Source: an uncultured delta proteobacterium (GTDB taxonomy: Bacteria > Desulfobacterota > BSN033 > UBA1163). Taken from it: 64,000 nucleotides of DNA. Under the pieces are notes generated by a model. The model did not search any database. It was not told where the DNA came from and saw only the letters and a program-made list of their open reading frames with translations. This document shows, one piece after another, positions 20,462 through 31,726 of the stretch. Location: NCBI GenBank assembly GCA_963827685.1, contig CAWHBU010000003.1, positions 256,001-320,000 of the forward strand, read 5' to 3'. Every line of letters begins with the position of its first letter. Position 1 is the first letter of the stretch. Position numbers and translations under genes: made by a program.

Positions 20462-20884
20462 TTAACTCTTCATTTTATCCACCCGCTTTTTAAGCACCTC
20501 ACTGGCCAAGTTGATATTTCTCTGACCATAATCGGCGATAAAAGCAGCCAGGGCTTCGAGATCCATATTGTTCTGATAGGTTGCTAATTTCAGCAACATG
20601 GGAAGGTTGACTCCCGTGATCACTTCAATCCTCTTCTCTTCTAAGAAGGAGAGGCTGATATTGGAAGGGGTTCCCCCATACATATCCGTTAGGATAAGTA
20701 CCCCTTTTCCGACATCCACTTTTCGGATGGCAGAGATGATCTTTTCCCGGATCTCCTCGGATCCTTCCTTCGGATCGATCGAAACAGGTTGAAACTGTCT
20801 TAACTCTTCCCCCACCACCAACTGAGCAGCACAGATCATCTCCTCAGCCAGGTGGCAATGCGTCACCACAATCACCCCAACCAT
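20462..20884 (-). CDS. PTS IIA component, mannose/fructose family
   Basis: VVTH, LTDMYGGTPSN, ITGVNLPML. Confidence 0.9.
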   Translation of the reverse strand: MVGVIVVTHCHLAEEMICAAQLVVGEELRQFQPVSIDPKEGSEEIREKIISAIRKVDVGKGVLILTDMYGGTPSNISLSFLEEKRIEVITGVNLPMLLKLATYQNNMDLEALAAFIADYGQRNINLASEVLKKRVDKMKS

Positions 20885-20892
20885 CTCTTTCC

Positions 20893-21846
20893 TCATCCCT
20901 TCTCCGCATCGCGGTGTTCTACAGACAGAAACACTCCCCTCTTCGTCAATTCGTCCCGGAGCACCTCTGCCAATCGGTTGACGATGACAACGGACCGATG
21001 TCTCCCACCCGTACATCCTACAGCAATGGTCAAATGGGTCTTCATCTCCTTTTCATAGAGGGGAATAAGAAACCGAATCAGATCTTGAACGTGTCGCAAA
21101 AACTCTTTTGTCTCTTCCCACTGTAGGACATATTCCGATACCTTGGGATGATCCCCCTTCAATCGTTTCAGCTCTTCAACAAAATAAGGATTGGGTAAAA
21201 AACGAACATCCATCAAGAGGTCCGTTTCAAAAGGAATCCCAAAGCTATATCCAAAGGAAAGGAGGGCGACCGTCATCTGGCTTGAACCCCTTCCCTCCTG
21301 GGCATACTGCTGGACTTTTTCTTTCAGCTGATGGACATTTAATTGGGATGTATCAATCACCTGATTGGCCATATCCCGAATGGCTTGAAGTCGTTTTCGT
21401 TCCAACTGGAGCCCTTCTCGGATAGATCCGCCAACCGCCAAAGGATGCTGACGACGGGTCTCGCTGAACCGCCTCATCAGAATGGGGTCGGAAGACTCCA
21501 AAAAGAGAATTTCGATCGGGTAACCCTCCCTTTTCAAGTCCTGGATGATCCGTCTCGAATCTTCTAAGAAATCCATCTCCCCTACCGTACTCCCTGTCTG
21601 CCCCGAACCAGCACGGTTCAGGGCCTGCTGGGAGAGAGGGTAGGAGGCTTCTCCGCGAATGTCCTCCACCACTGCCACCTTGGAAATCTTTCCGTCTGAC
21701 TGCCCACAGAGTTCTATGAATTTAGGTAAAAGGAGGATGGGAAGGTTATCGACACAATAAAAGCCAACATCTTCTAAGGCTTTAATGGCCGTGGTTTTGC
21801 CCGACCCGGAAAGACCGCTGATCAGAATCACTCGCAGGTTCTTCAC
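20893..21846 (-). CDS. rapZ: RNase adapter RapZ (P-loop nucleotide-binding protein)
   Basis: GLSGSGKT, VDNLP, ETRRQHP, DVRFLPNP, GCTGGRHRSV. Confidence 0.95.
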   Translation of the reverse strand: MKNLRVILISGLSGSGKTTAIKALEDVGFYCVDNLPILLLPKFIELCGQSDGKISKVAVVEDIRGEASYPLSQQALNRAGSGQTGSTVGEMDFLEDSRRIIQDLKREGYPIEILFLESSDPILMRRFSETRRQHPLAVGGSIREGLQLERKRLQAIRDMANQVIDTSQLNVHQLKEKVQQYAQEGRGSSQMTVALLSFGYSFGIPFETDLLMDVRFLPNPYFVEELKRLKGDHPKVSEYVLQWEETKEFLRHVQDLIRFLIPLYEKEMKTHLTIAVGCTGGRHRSVVIVNRLAEVLRDELTKRGVFLSVEHRDAEKG

Positions 21847-22811
21847 TCCACTTCACCCTCAACCTCAACTCTGTCTCTCCCTCTCTCTTCCATCTTGCGG
21901 AGGAGTTTTTTCTCAAACTCCAACGCCGAATCGTATCCCATCACTTTCAAAAGGTGATTGCGGACAGCCACTTCGATGATGGTCGTCAAGTTCCGAGCGG
22001 GCGTGACGGGGATTCTAAACATCGGAAGCTCAATGTCCAAGATGGAAAATTTTTCCTCTTCAAACCCCAAGCGGTCGTACTCCCTCTGGGCATCCCACTC
22101 CGTCAGCTCCAGGACGAGCTCAATTTTCTTCTTATCGCGAATGGCCTCAACCCCAAAAAGGCTCCGGATGTTGATGATCCCCAATCCCCGGATCTCCATG
22201 TGGTGTTGGATCACTTCAAAACCACTTCCAATCACGGATGAGGGAGATCGCTTCTGAATATGAACCATATCGTCCGCCACCAGTCGGTGCCCTCGAAGAA
22301 TCAGATCCAAAGCACATTCACTCTTCCCGATCCCGCTTTTGCCCAGGATGAGGAGGCCCACCCCGAAGACATCCATCAGCACACCGTGGAGGCTGCTCGT
22401 AGCGGAAAGTTTCTCTTCTAAGAATTTGGTGACCCGCTCAATGAAATCGAAAGAACGCATATTGGTCCGAAATACAGGGATCCCCTTCTCATCGGCTTCC
22501 CGAAGGAGAAGTTCAGGAATCTCCAAACCCCGGGTGATGACCAAACAGGACAACGGGAGGCTGCAGATCTGATGGATCACCTTCTCCTGCATCTCGTGAG
22601 TCAGCGTTTTAAAATAAGCCATTTCCGTATTTCCGATGATCTGAAGACGCTCTGGATTGATGAATTGGATAAAACCCGTCAAGGCCAATCCCATCTTTTG
22701 GACTTGCGAATGGGTAATCTTCTTTTTGAGCCCCCTTCGCCCGGCCATCAGGGTCAGCTCCAAATGGTGTTCCCGACTCTGCTCCAATTCTTGTACGATG
22801 AGACTGTTCAT
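21843..22811 (-). CDS. hprK: HPr kinase/phosphorylase
   Basis: GKSGIGKSE, LVADD, EIRGLGII. Confidence 0.96.
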   Translation of the reverse strand: MNSLIVQELEQSREHHLELTLMAGRRGLKKKITHSQVQKMGLALTGFIQFINPERLQIIGNTEMAYFKTLTHEMQEKVIHQICSLPLSCLVITRGLEIPELLLREADEKGIPVFRTNMRSFDFIERVTKFLEEKLSATSSLHGVLMDVFGVGLLILGKSGIGKSECALDLILRGHRLVADDMVHIQKRSPSSVIGSGFEVIQHHMEIRGLGIINIRSLFGVEAIRDKKKIELVLELTEWDAQREYDRLGFEEEKFSILDIELPMFRIPVTPARNLTTIIEVAVRNHLLKVMGYDSALEFEKKLLRKMEERGRDRVEVEGEVE

Positions 22812-22814
22812 CGA

Positions 22815-23279
22815 CTAATATTTCTCATCCTCTCCAGAGATGATTTGAAAAAGCTCCTTCTGGGAAGGAGCCTCCATCAATCTTTTTTTGAAGGAAGATT
22901 CTTTGAGCAGGGTGACGATACGACCCAAAAGCTTTAGATTATCGACAGCCGAATTCTCTGGAGCCATCACTAAAAAAAAGAGCTGGCTGGGTTTTCGATC
23001 GATGGAATCAAAATCCACGCCCTTGAGGGAACGGCCGAAAGAGATGAAGAATTTTTTTAACTTTTTCAACCGACCATGGGGGATGGCAATCCCTTCTCCG
23101 ATCCCCGTCGATCCCAGTTTTTCCCGATCAAAGAGCACTTGAAGCAGCTCTTCAACAGACGTGACCTGGCAGGGCTTTACCAAGACGCTTGATAACTCCT
23201 TCAGAATGGATGGCTTGTCCGTTCCCTGCAAGTCCGGAATCACCCACTCTTCATTCAGATAGTCCATGATCTTCATCAT
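22815..23279 (-). CDS. ptsN: PTS IIA nitrogen-regulatory protein
   Basis: REKLGSTGIGEGIAIPH. The track N-terminal extension lies in a repeat. Confidence 0.9.
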   Translation of the reverse strand: MMKIMDYLNEEWVIPDLQGTDKPSILKELSSVLVKPCQVTSVEELLQVLFDREKLGSTGIGEGIAIPHGRLKKLKKFFISFGRSLKGVDFDSIDRKPSQLFFLVMAPENSAVDNLKLLGRIVTLLKESSFKKRLMEAPSQKELFQIISGEDEKY

Positions 23280-23285
23280 TTCCCC

Positions 23286-23393
23286 TCGACCGGAACGTGC
23301 CCCGCAAGCCCCGCCTTGTAGCGGGGTCAAGGGGCACATTATGAAATGAAAATACCTTGCCGGGAAGCCCCGCCCTGTGGGCGGGGAGGTTCA
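23286..23393. mobile_element. non-autonomous IS200/IS605-like palindromic miniature, copy 2
   Basis: Ends GAAGCCCCGCCCTGTGGGCGGGGAGGTTCA, resembling an IS605-type right end; inverted homolog of 4276-4410. Confidence 0.62.
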
Positions 23394-23400
23394 TGCCCCT

Positions 23401-23946
23401 CTATTTGGGATGAGGCTCGACCCACCCGTAACCCCCGTTTTTTGAGCGATAGACGACATTCATCTGCCCGGAATCCGAATTGATAAATACTAAAAAATCC
23501 TTCTTCGAAAGGTGCAATTGAGAGAGCGCCTCCTTAAGAGACATGGGTTTGGCAATGGTACGTTTCCTCTGGACGAGGAAAGGAATGCTTCCTTCTTCTT
23601 TTCCGTCTCCGACCTTTCCACTCCGTGGGAGGGGAATCTTTGAAGAAGAGGACGTCGCTCTCTTACGTCTTACTTTCTCCCTCCGCTCGCGAATCTGTCG
23701 CTCCATCTTATCCACCATCTGATCGATGGCGGCGTAGAGATCGTTGTCCCTCCCCTGGCTATTAAAAGCTCCTCCGTTCCCGACCATCGTGATTTCTGCA
23801 ATATGCCGGAATTTTTCCACCGCTAAAACGACATGAACTTCCCTCGGGTTCTCAATATATTTTTGAAGCTTCTCCACCTTCTCTTTCACATAAGCCTTGA
23901 CGCCTTCGTCGGTCTCCATATGTCGAAATGTCACCGAAACCTGCAT
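23401..23946 (-). CDS. hpf: ribosome hibernation promoting factor, long form (RaiA family)
   Basis: VTFRHM, DLYAAID, KPMS motifs; directly after rpoN. Confidence 0.92.
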   Translation of the reverse strand: MQVSVTFRHMETDEGVKAYVKEKVEKLQKYIENPREVHVVLAVEKFRHIAEITMVGNGGAFNSQGRDNDLYAAIDQMVDKMERQIRERREKVRRKRATSSSSKIPLPRSGKVGDGKEEGSIPFLVQRKRTIAKPMSLKEALSQLHLSKKDFLVFINSDSGQMNVVYRSKNGGYGWVEPHPK

Positions 23947-24020
23947 GGGTCAGCTCCTTATCTTCATCAAAGTTCATCGGCTTCGTAGCAAAGGGGTACA
24001 TGGGAACGATCCGGTTACGA

Positions 24021-25482
24021 TTAAACGATTTTCCTCCGTTCGTTGGAGGAGAGGATCCTCATCATCTCCCGATATTTCGAAACGGTCCTCCGGGCAATAT
24101 GGATGTTCATTCCCTGGAGGATTTGAACCAATTTCTCATCGCTGTAAGGTTTCTTCGGATCCTCTTTAGCGATGATCTCCCGAACCAGATTCTTGACACT
24201 TTCCGAAGCCATCGTCTCTCCCTGCGTGGAGGTGATCCCCGCATTGAAGAAGAATTTCAATTCATAAATGCCTTGGGGAGTATGAGCATATTTGTTGTGG
24301 GTAACCCGGCTAATCGTGGACTCGTGCATCTGGATATCTTCTGCCACATCCCGTAGCACAAGGGGTTTGAGAAATTGAATCCCTCTATCCAAGAATTCTC
24401 TCTGAAATTTCACGATGCTTTTCGCCACCTTGTAAATCGTCCTTTGCCGTTGGTGAATGCTGCGGATCAGCCAGAGGGCGGATCGGAGTTTTTCCTGAAT
24501 GTATTTTCGGTCCCCTTCCGGAGCGAGACGGTTGCCATTGAGGATATTCCGGTAAAGAGAATTGATCTTGAGCCTCGGGACCCCATCATCGTTCAGATAA
24601 ATGACATAATCCCCCTCCACCTTGTGGATATAGACGTCAGGGATGATTTCTTGGATCACCTCTCCTCCGAAGGCCTTGCCAGGTTTGGGATCCAATTTGG
24701 AAATGAGAGAGGCGGCGCGATTCACTCGATCCAGAGATACCCCTAACCGTTTGGCAATGGCTGGATAATTTCGATTCTTCAATAGCGAAAGATGTTCGGA
24801 AACAATCTTTTCTGCCAGGGAATCTCGGGGGCTCATCTGCTCCAGTTGGATGAGAAGACATTCTTTTAAGTCTCTCGCCGCCACGCCTACCGGATCAAAT
24901 TGTTGAATTTTTAGGAGGACTCGCTCGACCTCCTCCATCAGAAGATTGGTTTCCGAACAGATATCTTCCAGGGAAATCTTCAAGTATCCATCTTCATCCA
25001 GATTTCCGATGATCCACGTCCCGATTTCATGCTCTCCCTCTGTGAAATGTGAGAGTTGAAGTTGCCAATGAAGATGATCCGTGAGGGTTGTTCTCTTGGT
25101 GAGAAAATTTTCAAAGGACGGTCTTTCTTCCCCATCCTGAGAGCTCCGAGGACTCTTCTCAAATGGGGTGAGGTTGGAATTTTCTAAATAGTTCTCCCAA
25201 TCGAACTCATCTGCCCCCTGCCCATTGCCTTTTACTTCCGGGGTACGCTCAGGTTCTGGAGAAGTCTCTGTCTCTTCCTGTTCGGCCACCGGGGCTTCGC
25301 CTTCTGCGAGCTCCTTCCCCTCCTCCGCTTCTTCCAGGAGTGGGTTCTCCTTCATCTCCTGGCTGATCAGGTCTACCAGTTCAAGACGCGTTAATTGGAG
25401 AAGCCGGATCGCCTGCTGAAGCTGAGGAGTGATCACCAACTGTTGAACGAGCTTCACTGATTGTTTGAGCCTCTAAGACCAT
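24021..25482 (-). CDS. rpoN: RNA polymerase sigma-54 factor, apparent +1 frameshift at about 25470
   Basis: PQLQQAI, HESTISR, ARRTVSKYR RpoN box. ATG 25482 with GGAG RBS reads MVLE-LKQSVKL if one G is removed. Confidence 0.95.
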
Positions 25483-25483
25483 C

Positions 25484-26278
25484 TTACTCCCATCGTCTCC
25501 CCTGTGCAGGGGAATTTACATCCCTTTTCTCTTCCCCATCGCTACGGCGTCTTCCCCCCAACTCGAACCCATCTCCCAGATAGATCTTTCTCGCCTTTTC
25601 GCTTTGAGCGATCTTTTCGGGACTCCCTTCTTCCAAGATTCGCCCCTCATTGAGGATATACGCCCGGTCGCAAACTCCCAATGTTTCTCGAACATTGTGA
25701 TCAGTAATTATAATTCCAATCCCCTTTGATTTCAATTGACGGATAATGGTCTGGATATCTAAAACGGCGATGGGGTCAATCCCTGAAAAAGGCTCATCCA
25801 AAAGGATGAAAGAAGGTGAAAGCACCAGGGCTCGTGTAATCTCCACCCGTCTGCGTTCTCCTCCCGAGAGAATATAGGCCTTCTGTCTCCGCAGCGAGGA
25901 GAGTCCCAACTCGTTCAAGAGCTTCTCCAATCGGTCTTTACTCTCCTCTTTGGAGAGCGGGAGGGTCTCCAAAATTGCCATCAGATTCTCTTCGGTTGTC
26001 AGCTTTCTAAAAACAGACGGTTCCTGAGGAAGGTACCCTATCCCTTTCCTCGCCCTTAAATACATGGGGAGGGAACTGATCTCCTCATCATTGAGATAGA
26101 TCTTCCCGCCGTTGGGTTGATACAGCCCGACGATCATATAAAAAATGGTGGTCTTTCCTGCACCATTGGGTCCCAACAATCCCACTACTTCTCCCCCTTG
26201 GATCTCAATATTTACCGAATCCACAACCTTCTTATGACGAAATGACTTGGTTAAACTCTCACATAAAATGTGCGACAT
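25484..26278 (-). CDS. lptB: LPS export ABC transporter ATP-binding protein
   Basis: GPNGAGKT, YLPQEPS, LSGGERRR, LLDEPF, ITDHNVRE. Confidence 0.95.
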   Translation of the reverse strand: MSHILCESLTKSFRHKKVVDSVNIEIQGGEVVGLLGPNGAGKTTIFYMIVGLYQPNGGKIYLNDEEISSLPMYLRARKGIGYLPQEPSVFRKLTTEENLMAILETLPLSKEESKDRLEKLLNELGLSSLRRQKAYILSGGERRRVEITRALVLSPSFILLDEPFSGIDPIAVLDIQTIIRQLKSKGIGIIITDHNVRETLGVCDRAYILNEGRILEEGSPEKIAQSEKARKIYLGDGFELGGRRRSDGEEKRDVNSPAQGRRWE

Positions 26279-26293
26279 GGTTCTTCTCATCAC

Positions 26294-26385
26294 AGTTCGG
26301 AGTTTTTAGGGTATTAGAAATTTAGTTCGGAGTAATTTAGTTCGGAGACTTAAAAACTCCGAACTCCGAACTCATAACTCCAAAC
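26294..26385. repeat. AGTTCGG/CCGAACT heptamer inverted repeat
   Basis: Three AGTTCGG units facing CCGAACT units between lptA and lptB. Confidence 0.78.
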
Positions 26386-26954
26386 TATTTTTTTTTGCCT
26401 TCCCCTTCCTCTTTGGGCGGTGGAGTAATGCTGGTGCTGACTCGCCCCCCTTTTCCCGGTTCCACAACGCTCCTCTCCTCTTCGACGTAGAAGGTGATTC
26501 GCTCCCCTCTGATGACATTCGTCCCTTCACGGACCACCGCGTCCCCGTCCAGAACCACCTTATTCTTATCCTGATCGAAGGTGACCTTCTGGCCGGTTGC
26601 CCGGCGATCCAATTGGACGACCTTCACATTGCCGGTCGCTATAATCTCCTTCAGTTTTTTCGTGTCGGGATCGTAAATGACAACCAGCGTATTGGCATAG
26701 AGCGTCATGTCCTCCTGTTTGGCTATCACATTTCCTTTGAAAGTGACCCGGTTCTGTTTCTGCTCTCCCTCTACCGTGTCTGAGGTGATATCGATGGGGG
26801 CACGGCTGGCAGTAAATCCGAAACCCCTACCGGTCTTGAGTGCGCTCTCTCCGCCTTTTCCACTCCCCTTTTTTTCCTGGGCCTGTCCGGAAGCGAATAA
26901 GAGAAAAAGGGAGACCAGAATGACGACAAGACCGATTCCCTTGCTTGGCTTCAT
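26385..26954 (-). CDS. lptA: LPS transport periplasmic protein (OstA-like)
   Basis: Signal peptide; PIDITSD, FKGNV, ATGNV, GERI; operon position. Confidence 0.9.
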   Translation of the reverse strand: MKPSKGIGLVVILVSLFLLFASGQAQEKKGSGKGGESALKTGRGFGFTASRAPIDITSDTVEGEQKQNRVTFKGNVIAKQEDMTLYANTLVVIYDPDTKKLKEIIATGNVKVVQLDRRATGQKVTFDQDKNKVVLDGDAVVREGTNVIRGERITFYVEEERSVVEPGKGGRVSTSITPPPKEEGEGKKK

Positions 26955-27523
26955 AGCTTTTTTTTACCTCTCAGTTGAGTCTTAACCTGGCTGAGAACCT
27001 TAAACGTCTTGGCATCCATATTTACCAACATCCCTTTGCCCGTCAATCGAATCTGTTCTCCTTCGATCTCTACGGGATCTTGGGTTCTGATGATCTTTTC
27101 CGAATCGCAATAGGAAGCGGAATGGGTCTTCAGCTGATAGCCATCGCTCGTAGAGAGCACGACATCGCCCTCCACATCAATATCCTTCGATTTTTGATTC
27201 ACCTTTCCTTTCTTGCTCGTGAGTAAAAACGTCCGTCCTTCCTTGGCGTAATAAGTTACCTTTATGTCCTCTAAAACCGAAATGTTCTCATCCTGATATA
27301 CCTGAACAGATTTCGCTTCCAACTCCCAGGTCTTCTGACCGTGTTTATCCTCCACAAAGTGAACCTCTTTCAGTTCCTGGTCATGGCGGCCAGTGGAAAC
27401 AATTTGAGGCTTCTCGACTGCTTCCGATTTTTTTCTCTCCTGGAGATTCACCCAAAGCCTCACGAGAACAATCCCACCGATCAATAAAATAGAAATCAAG
27501 ATGGCAATCTTAAGTCTTTTCAT
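26951..27523 (-). CDS. lptC: LPS export protein LptC
   Basis: Single N-terminal TM, WELEA, beta-jellyroll pattern, operon position. Confidence 0.85.
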   Translation of the reverse strand: MKRLKIAILISILLIGGIVLVRLWVNLQERKKSEAVEKPQIVSTGRHDQELKEVHFVEDKHGQKTWELEAKSVQVYQDENISVLEDIKVTYYAKEGRTFLLTSKKGKVNQKSKDIDVEGDVVLSTSDGYQLKTHSASYCDSEKIIRTQDPVEIEGEQIRLTGKGMLVNMDAKTFKVLSQVKTQLRGKKKL

Positions 27524-27525
27524 AT

Positions 27526-27598
27526 GTGAGTCCTGAGTTCGGAGTTTAGAGTTCGGAGTATCATTATCTCCGAACTCCGAACTAATCACTCCGAACTA
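27526..27598. repeat. AGTTCGG/CCGAACT heptamer inverted repeat
   Basis: Between kdsD and lptC. Confidence 0.78.
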
Positions 27599-27599
27599 T

Positions 27600-28568
27600 T
27601 TACACCACCCCCGCCTTCAGAAGATCATGAAGATGAATGACCCCCGCGGGGACTCTATCTCCTGCTTTGTTGAAAACAAAGAGGGAAGTAATCGAATACT
27701 CCTCCATCCTCTGTACTGCTTTCGCCGCCAAGGCATCTTTCTCAATCCACTTCGGGTTTTTCGTCATTACCTCAGAGGCCTCCCGATTGAAGAGATCGCT
27801 GAATTTTTCCAAAGCCCGCCTCAGATCCCCATCCGTAATCACGCCGACCAGGTGTCCTTCTATGTTGCAGACTCCAGTCACCCCTAATCGTTTTGAGGTG
27901 ATCTCAAAAATCGCATCCTTCATCAACGTCTTCTCCGATACCATCGGAAAGGCATTTCCAAAGTGCATCAGGTCTTCCACTTTCAGGAGAAGCCTCTTCC
28001 CCAATGCCCCGCCCGGGTGGAGGATAGCAAAATCTTCTTTTTTGAAATCTCTCTTTCCCATGAGAGCAATGGCTAACGCATCTCCCAGGGCGAGGGTGGC
28101 TGTGGTGCTGGCTGTGGGGGCCAGACCAAATGGACAGGCCTCCTCTTTCACATGAACATTGAGGTTCACATCCCCGGCCTTCGCCAGGGTGGAGTTCAAA
28201 TTTCCAGTGAAGGTGATCAGCCGATTTCCATATCGTTTGATGAGAGGCAATGCTTCCAAAAGCTCTCGAGTCTCTCCGCTATTGGAGATGGCGATGATCA
28301 CATCCTGCTTCGCCAACATCCCAAAATCTCCGTTCAGTCCTTCTGCGGGATGAAGGAAAAAAGATGGGGTCCCTGTGCTGGCAAATGTGGAAGAGATCTT
28401 CCGGCCTACCAGTCCCGATTTCCCCATGCCCATGAGTACCACTTTCCCTTTACAGTGATAGAGTAATTCGACCGCCCGTGAGAGATTCTCATCAATTCGC
28501 TCTGCCAAATCGAGAATGGATTGGGCCTCTACTTTTAATACCCGCTTCGCCTCTTTCACAATATCCAA
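27600..28568 (-). CDS. kdsD: arabinose-5-phosphate isomerase (KpsF/GutQ, SIS + CBS)
   Basis: GMGKSG, HPAE, SNSGET, APTAST, HPGGALG, CBS pair; TTG start after AGGAG. Confidence 0.93.
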   Translation of the reverse strand: MDIVKEAKRVLKVEAQSILDLAERIDENLSRAVELLYHCKGKVVLMGMGKSGLVGRKISSTFASTGTPSFFLHPAEGLNGDFGMLAKQDVIIAISNSGETRELLEALPLIKRYGNRLITFTGNLNSTLAKAGDVNLNVHVKEEACPFGLAPTASTTATLALGDALAIALMGKRDFKKEDFAILHPGGALGKRLLLKVEDLMHFGNAFPMVSEKTLMKDAIFEITSKRLGVTGVCNIEGHLVGVITDGDLRRALEKFSDLFNREASEVMTKNPKWIEKDALAAKAVQRMEEYSITSLFVFNKAGDRVPAGVIHLHDLLKAGVV

Positions 28569-28696
28569 TGACTCCTGTCTCCTTTCGAATTCCACCACTC
28601 TCTCCGCTCCGTCGCTAAAGCTATGGAGCGTCAACGACCTCCCCCTCAAGACCTGCCGTGCCGTAGGCACGGGGGAGCGCTGGGAGGGGGTGAACG

Positions 28697-30400
28697 CTAT
28701 GCGCTATGTGTTATGCGATCCGTATGTAGCTTTGAACTTCTGGTCTTTCCCTTAACCTTCGACCTTTTCCCTCGCCGAAGGGAAGCCTTGATGAACTCCC
28801 TGAAAAGAGGATGGGGATCCATGGGTTTCGATTTAAACTCCGGATGGAACTGACATCCAAGAAACCACGGGTGGCCTTTCAGCTCGACGATCTCGATTAA
28901 CTCCTTATCAGGAGAGACGCCGCTGAATACCATTCCTGCTTTTCCTAAACTATCCATATAGGCATTATTGAATTCGTAACGATGCCGGTGTCGCTCGTTG
29001 ATCAACTTTTTACTATAGGCCTCAAGAGCCAAGCTTCCCTCTTCGAGCTTGCAGGGATAGGCGCCCAGCCTCATCGATCCACCCTTCTCCGAATCACAAG
29101 TACGTTTCTGAACGGTCTGATTACGATCCACCCACTCCTCGAGTAGATAGATCACAGGGTGTGGAGTATGGGCATCGAATTCCTCACTATTCGCCCCTTT
29201 TAGGCCGGCGCAGTGTCTGGCGATCTCAATCACCGCACACTGCATTCCCAGACAAATCCCAAAGTAGGGAATCCGTTTCTCCCTGGCATATTGAATCGCC
29301 TTGATCTTCCCTTCAATCCCCCTGGTCCCAAACCCTCCGGGAACGAGAATGCCATTGGCCTCCTTGAGAAAATGTTCTGGTCCTTCCTTCTCGATCTGCT
29401 CCGAATCGATATATCTCAGATTCACCCTGGCATCGTTCGCAATGCCTCCGTGAATCAACGCCTCGGATAAACTCTTGTAGGATTCAACCAGGCTAACGTA
29501 TTTTCCCACTACAGCGATCGTGGTTTCGAAACGGGGATATTTGACCCTTTTGACGACACGCTCCCACCCTTTCAAATTCGGGCGCCCCGTCCAGATATTC
29601 AGTTTCTCGACAATCTTCTCATCCAGTCCCTCCTGATGAAAGACAACAGGGACTTCATAAACCGTCTCCACATTCTTGGCCGTGATCACCGCATCTTTAT
29701 CCACATTACAAAAGAGGGCGATTTTCGCTTTCACATCGGGAGAAAGCAATCGGTCGGTCCGGCAGAGAAGAATATCGGGTTGGATACCTATTTCTCGGAG
29801 TTCCTTCACACTATGTTGAGTCGGTTTGGTCTTTAACTCCCCAGCTGTTTGAATATAAGGCACCAGAGTGAGGTGAATGTAAAGCGTGTTTTCCCTGCCC
29901 ACATCTCCTCGAATTTGTCGGATCGCCTCCAAGAAAGGAAGGCTTTCAATGTCGCCGACGGTCCCCCCCACCTCAATGATCACAATGTCTACATCCTGGG
30001 CCAGGTCGAAGATCTTGGACTTGATCTCATCGGTGATATGAGGGATCACCTGGACGGTACTGCCCAGGTATTCCCCCTTTCTCTCTTTGGAGATGACCGA
30101 ATCATAGATCTGTCCGGTGGTGAAATTATTTTTCTTCGACGTCTTGACATTGGTGTAACGCTCATAGTGTCCTAAATCGAGATCCGCCTCTGCACCGTCA
30201 TCGGTCACGTAGACCTCTCCATGCTGGAAAGGATTCATGGTGCCTGGGTCTACATTGATGTAGGGATCGAACTTGAGAAAATTGACTTTCAACCCCCTGA
30301 GTTCCAGGAGCGATCCAATGGATGATGACGCCAATCCCTTCCCCAAAGACGAAACCACGCCTCCGGTCATAAATATATATTTTGTCCTCGTATTCGCCAA
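28697..30400 (-). CDS. pyrG: CTP synthase
   Basis: [30 protein letters not shown]. Confidence 0.98.
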   Translation of the reverse strand: MANTRTKYIFMTGGVVSSLGKGLASSSIGSLLELRGLKVNFLKFDPYINVDPGTMNPFQHGEVYVTDDGAEADLDLGHYERYTNVKTSKKNNFTTGQIYDSVISKERKGEYLGSTVQVIPHITDEIKSKIFDLAQDVDIVIIEVGGTVGDIESLPFLEAIRQIRGDVGRENTLYIHLTLVPYIQTAGELKTKPTQHSVKELREIGIQPDILLCRTDRLLSPDVKAKIALFCNVDKDAVITAKNVETVYEVPVVFHQEGLDEKIVEKLNIWTGRPNLKGWERVVKRVKYPRFETTIAVVGKYVSLVESYKSLSEALIHGGIANDARVNLRYIDSEQIEKEGPEHFLKEANGILVPGGFGTRGIEGKIKAIQYAREKRIPYFGICLGMQCAVIEIARHCAGLKGANSEEFDAHTPHPVIYLLEEWVDRNQTVQKRTCDSEKGGSMRLGAYPCKLEEGSLALEAYSKKLINERHRHRYEFNNAYMDSLGKAGMVFSGVSPDKELIEIVELKGHPWFLGCQFHPEFKSKPMDPHPLFREFIKASLRRGKRSKVKGKTRSSKLHTDRITHSA

Positions 30401-30417
30401 AAGATCCTCCCTTTCTC

Positions 30418-31656
30418 TCAGCACGAACAATGGGGATTTAAGAATTTTTCGATCAATTCAAATCCCTTTTCAATAAAGATTCCGGACTGACCTGCAGAAA
30501 CTTCATCAAATGCTTTCCCATGGGCGGACGTGGCCCCATCCTCATTGGAATAAATGACAAAAGGAACTGGATCGGCAGTGTGCGTTCTAACAGAAAGAGG
30601 AGTGGGATGATCGGGGAGGACCAAAACCTTATACCGTTTGAATTCCTTCATCCCTCTCAAGATGGCCCCTACGATCTTTTCGTCGAACGCCTCAATGGCT
30701 TCGATCTTCAATCGAAGATCTCCCATATGGCCCGCTTCATCAGGGGCCTCCACATGAATATATACAAAATCCTTTTCCCTTAAACCTCTCAGGGTATACT
30801 GCCCCTTCCCATCATAATTCGTATCAAAGTATCCTGTGATCCCAGGGACCTCCAGCACTTCCAACCCTGCCAAGATTCCAATCCCCCTGATCAGGTGGAC
30901 TGCTGAGATTACATAGCCGTCCATCCCGAATCGTTCCTTCAGTGTGATCATCTGGGGCGAACGGCCCTGACCCCAGAGCCAGATGGAGTTGGCCGGGGGA
31001 AGCCCCTTCGCCTCACGGGCGTGATTGACAGGATGATTCTTGAGAAGTTGCTGAGATTCTTTCATTAGAGTCAGGACAGGTTCTTTCATTTGAGGGAGGA
31101 AAGGGGATATTTCCTTACCAGTGATATCATGAGGAGGGGGGATTTCCAGTCTTTCCATGTTTGAGAACTTGGCCGCTCCATTTTTCATGACCATCAAATG
31201 CCGATAGCTCACTCCTGCATAGAATCGAATCTCATTGGTCGCCAGTTCTCTATTCAAATCAACGATGACTTTGCTGGCTTCCTCATTCGTGATGTGACCG
31301 GCAGAGAAGTCTTCCATCACGATTTTATTTCCATGAAATTTTAGGGTAACCAGATTACATCGGAAAGCAATATCATCCGCCTTAAGTTCGACCCCCAGGC
31401 TAGCGGCCTCCAAAGGACCTCTTCCGGTATAATAACGGACGGGATTATATCCGAAGATGGAAAGGTTGGCGATCTCACTACCCGGGTTAAAACCCTCAGG
31501 GATTGTCCTGACCAACCCAATCTCACCCTGGTTTGCCATCCAATCCATGTGGGGGGTCCTGGCTGCCATCAGTGGAGTCTTCCCTCCAAGACTCTCAACC
31601 GGGTAGTCTGCCATCCCATCCCCCACAATAATAACATACTTCATCTTTTCAGGCAT
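30418..31656 (-). CDS. apgM: cofactor-independent phosphoglycerate mutase (ApgM type)
   Basis: [38 protein letters not shown]. Confidence 0.92.
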   Translation of the reverse strand: MPEKMKYVIIVGDGMADYPVESLGGKTPLMAARTPHMDWMANQGEIGLVRTIPEGFNPGSEIANLSIFGYNPVRYYTGRGPLEAASLGVELKADDIAFRCNLVTLKFHGNKIVMEDFSAGHITNEEASKVIVDLNRELATNEIRFYAGVSYRHLMVMKNGAAKFSNMERLEIPPPHDITGKEISPFLPQMKEPVLTLMKESQQLLKNHPVNHAREAKGLPPANSIWLWGQGRSPQMITLKERFGMDGYVISAVHLIRGIGILAGLEVLEVPGITGYFDTNYDGKGQYTLRGLREKDFVYIHVEAPDEAGHMGDLRLKIEAIEAFDEKIVGAILRGMKEFKRYKVLVLPDHPTPLSVRTHTADPVPFVIYSNEDGATSAHGKAFDEVSAGQSGIFIEKGFELIEKFLNPHCSC

Positions 31657-31726
31657 TTCCTGACATCCTCAAAACCTCTAAATATACCAAAAACTTACAA
31701 ATGTCAAATGAAAAGCAAAAGGCGAA

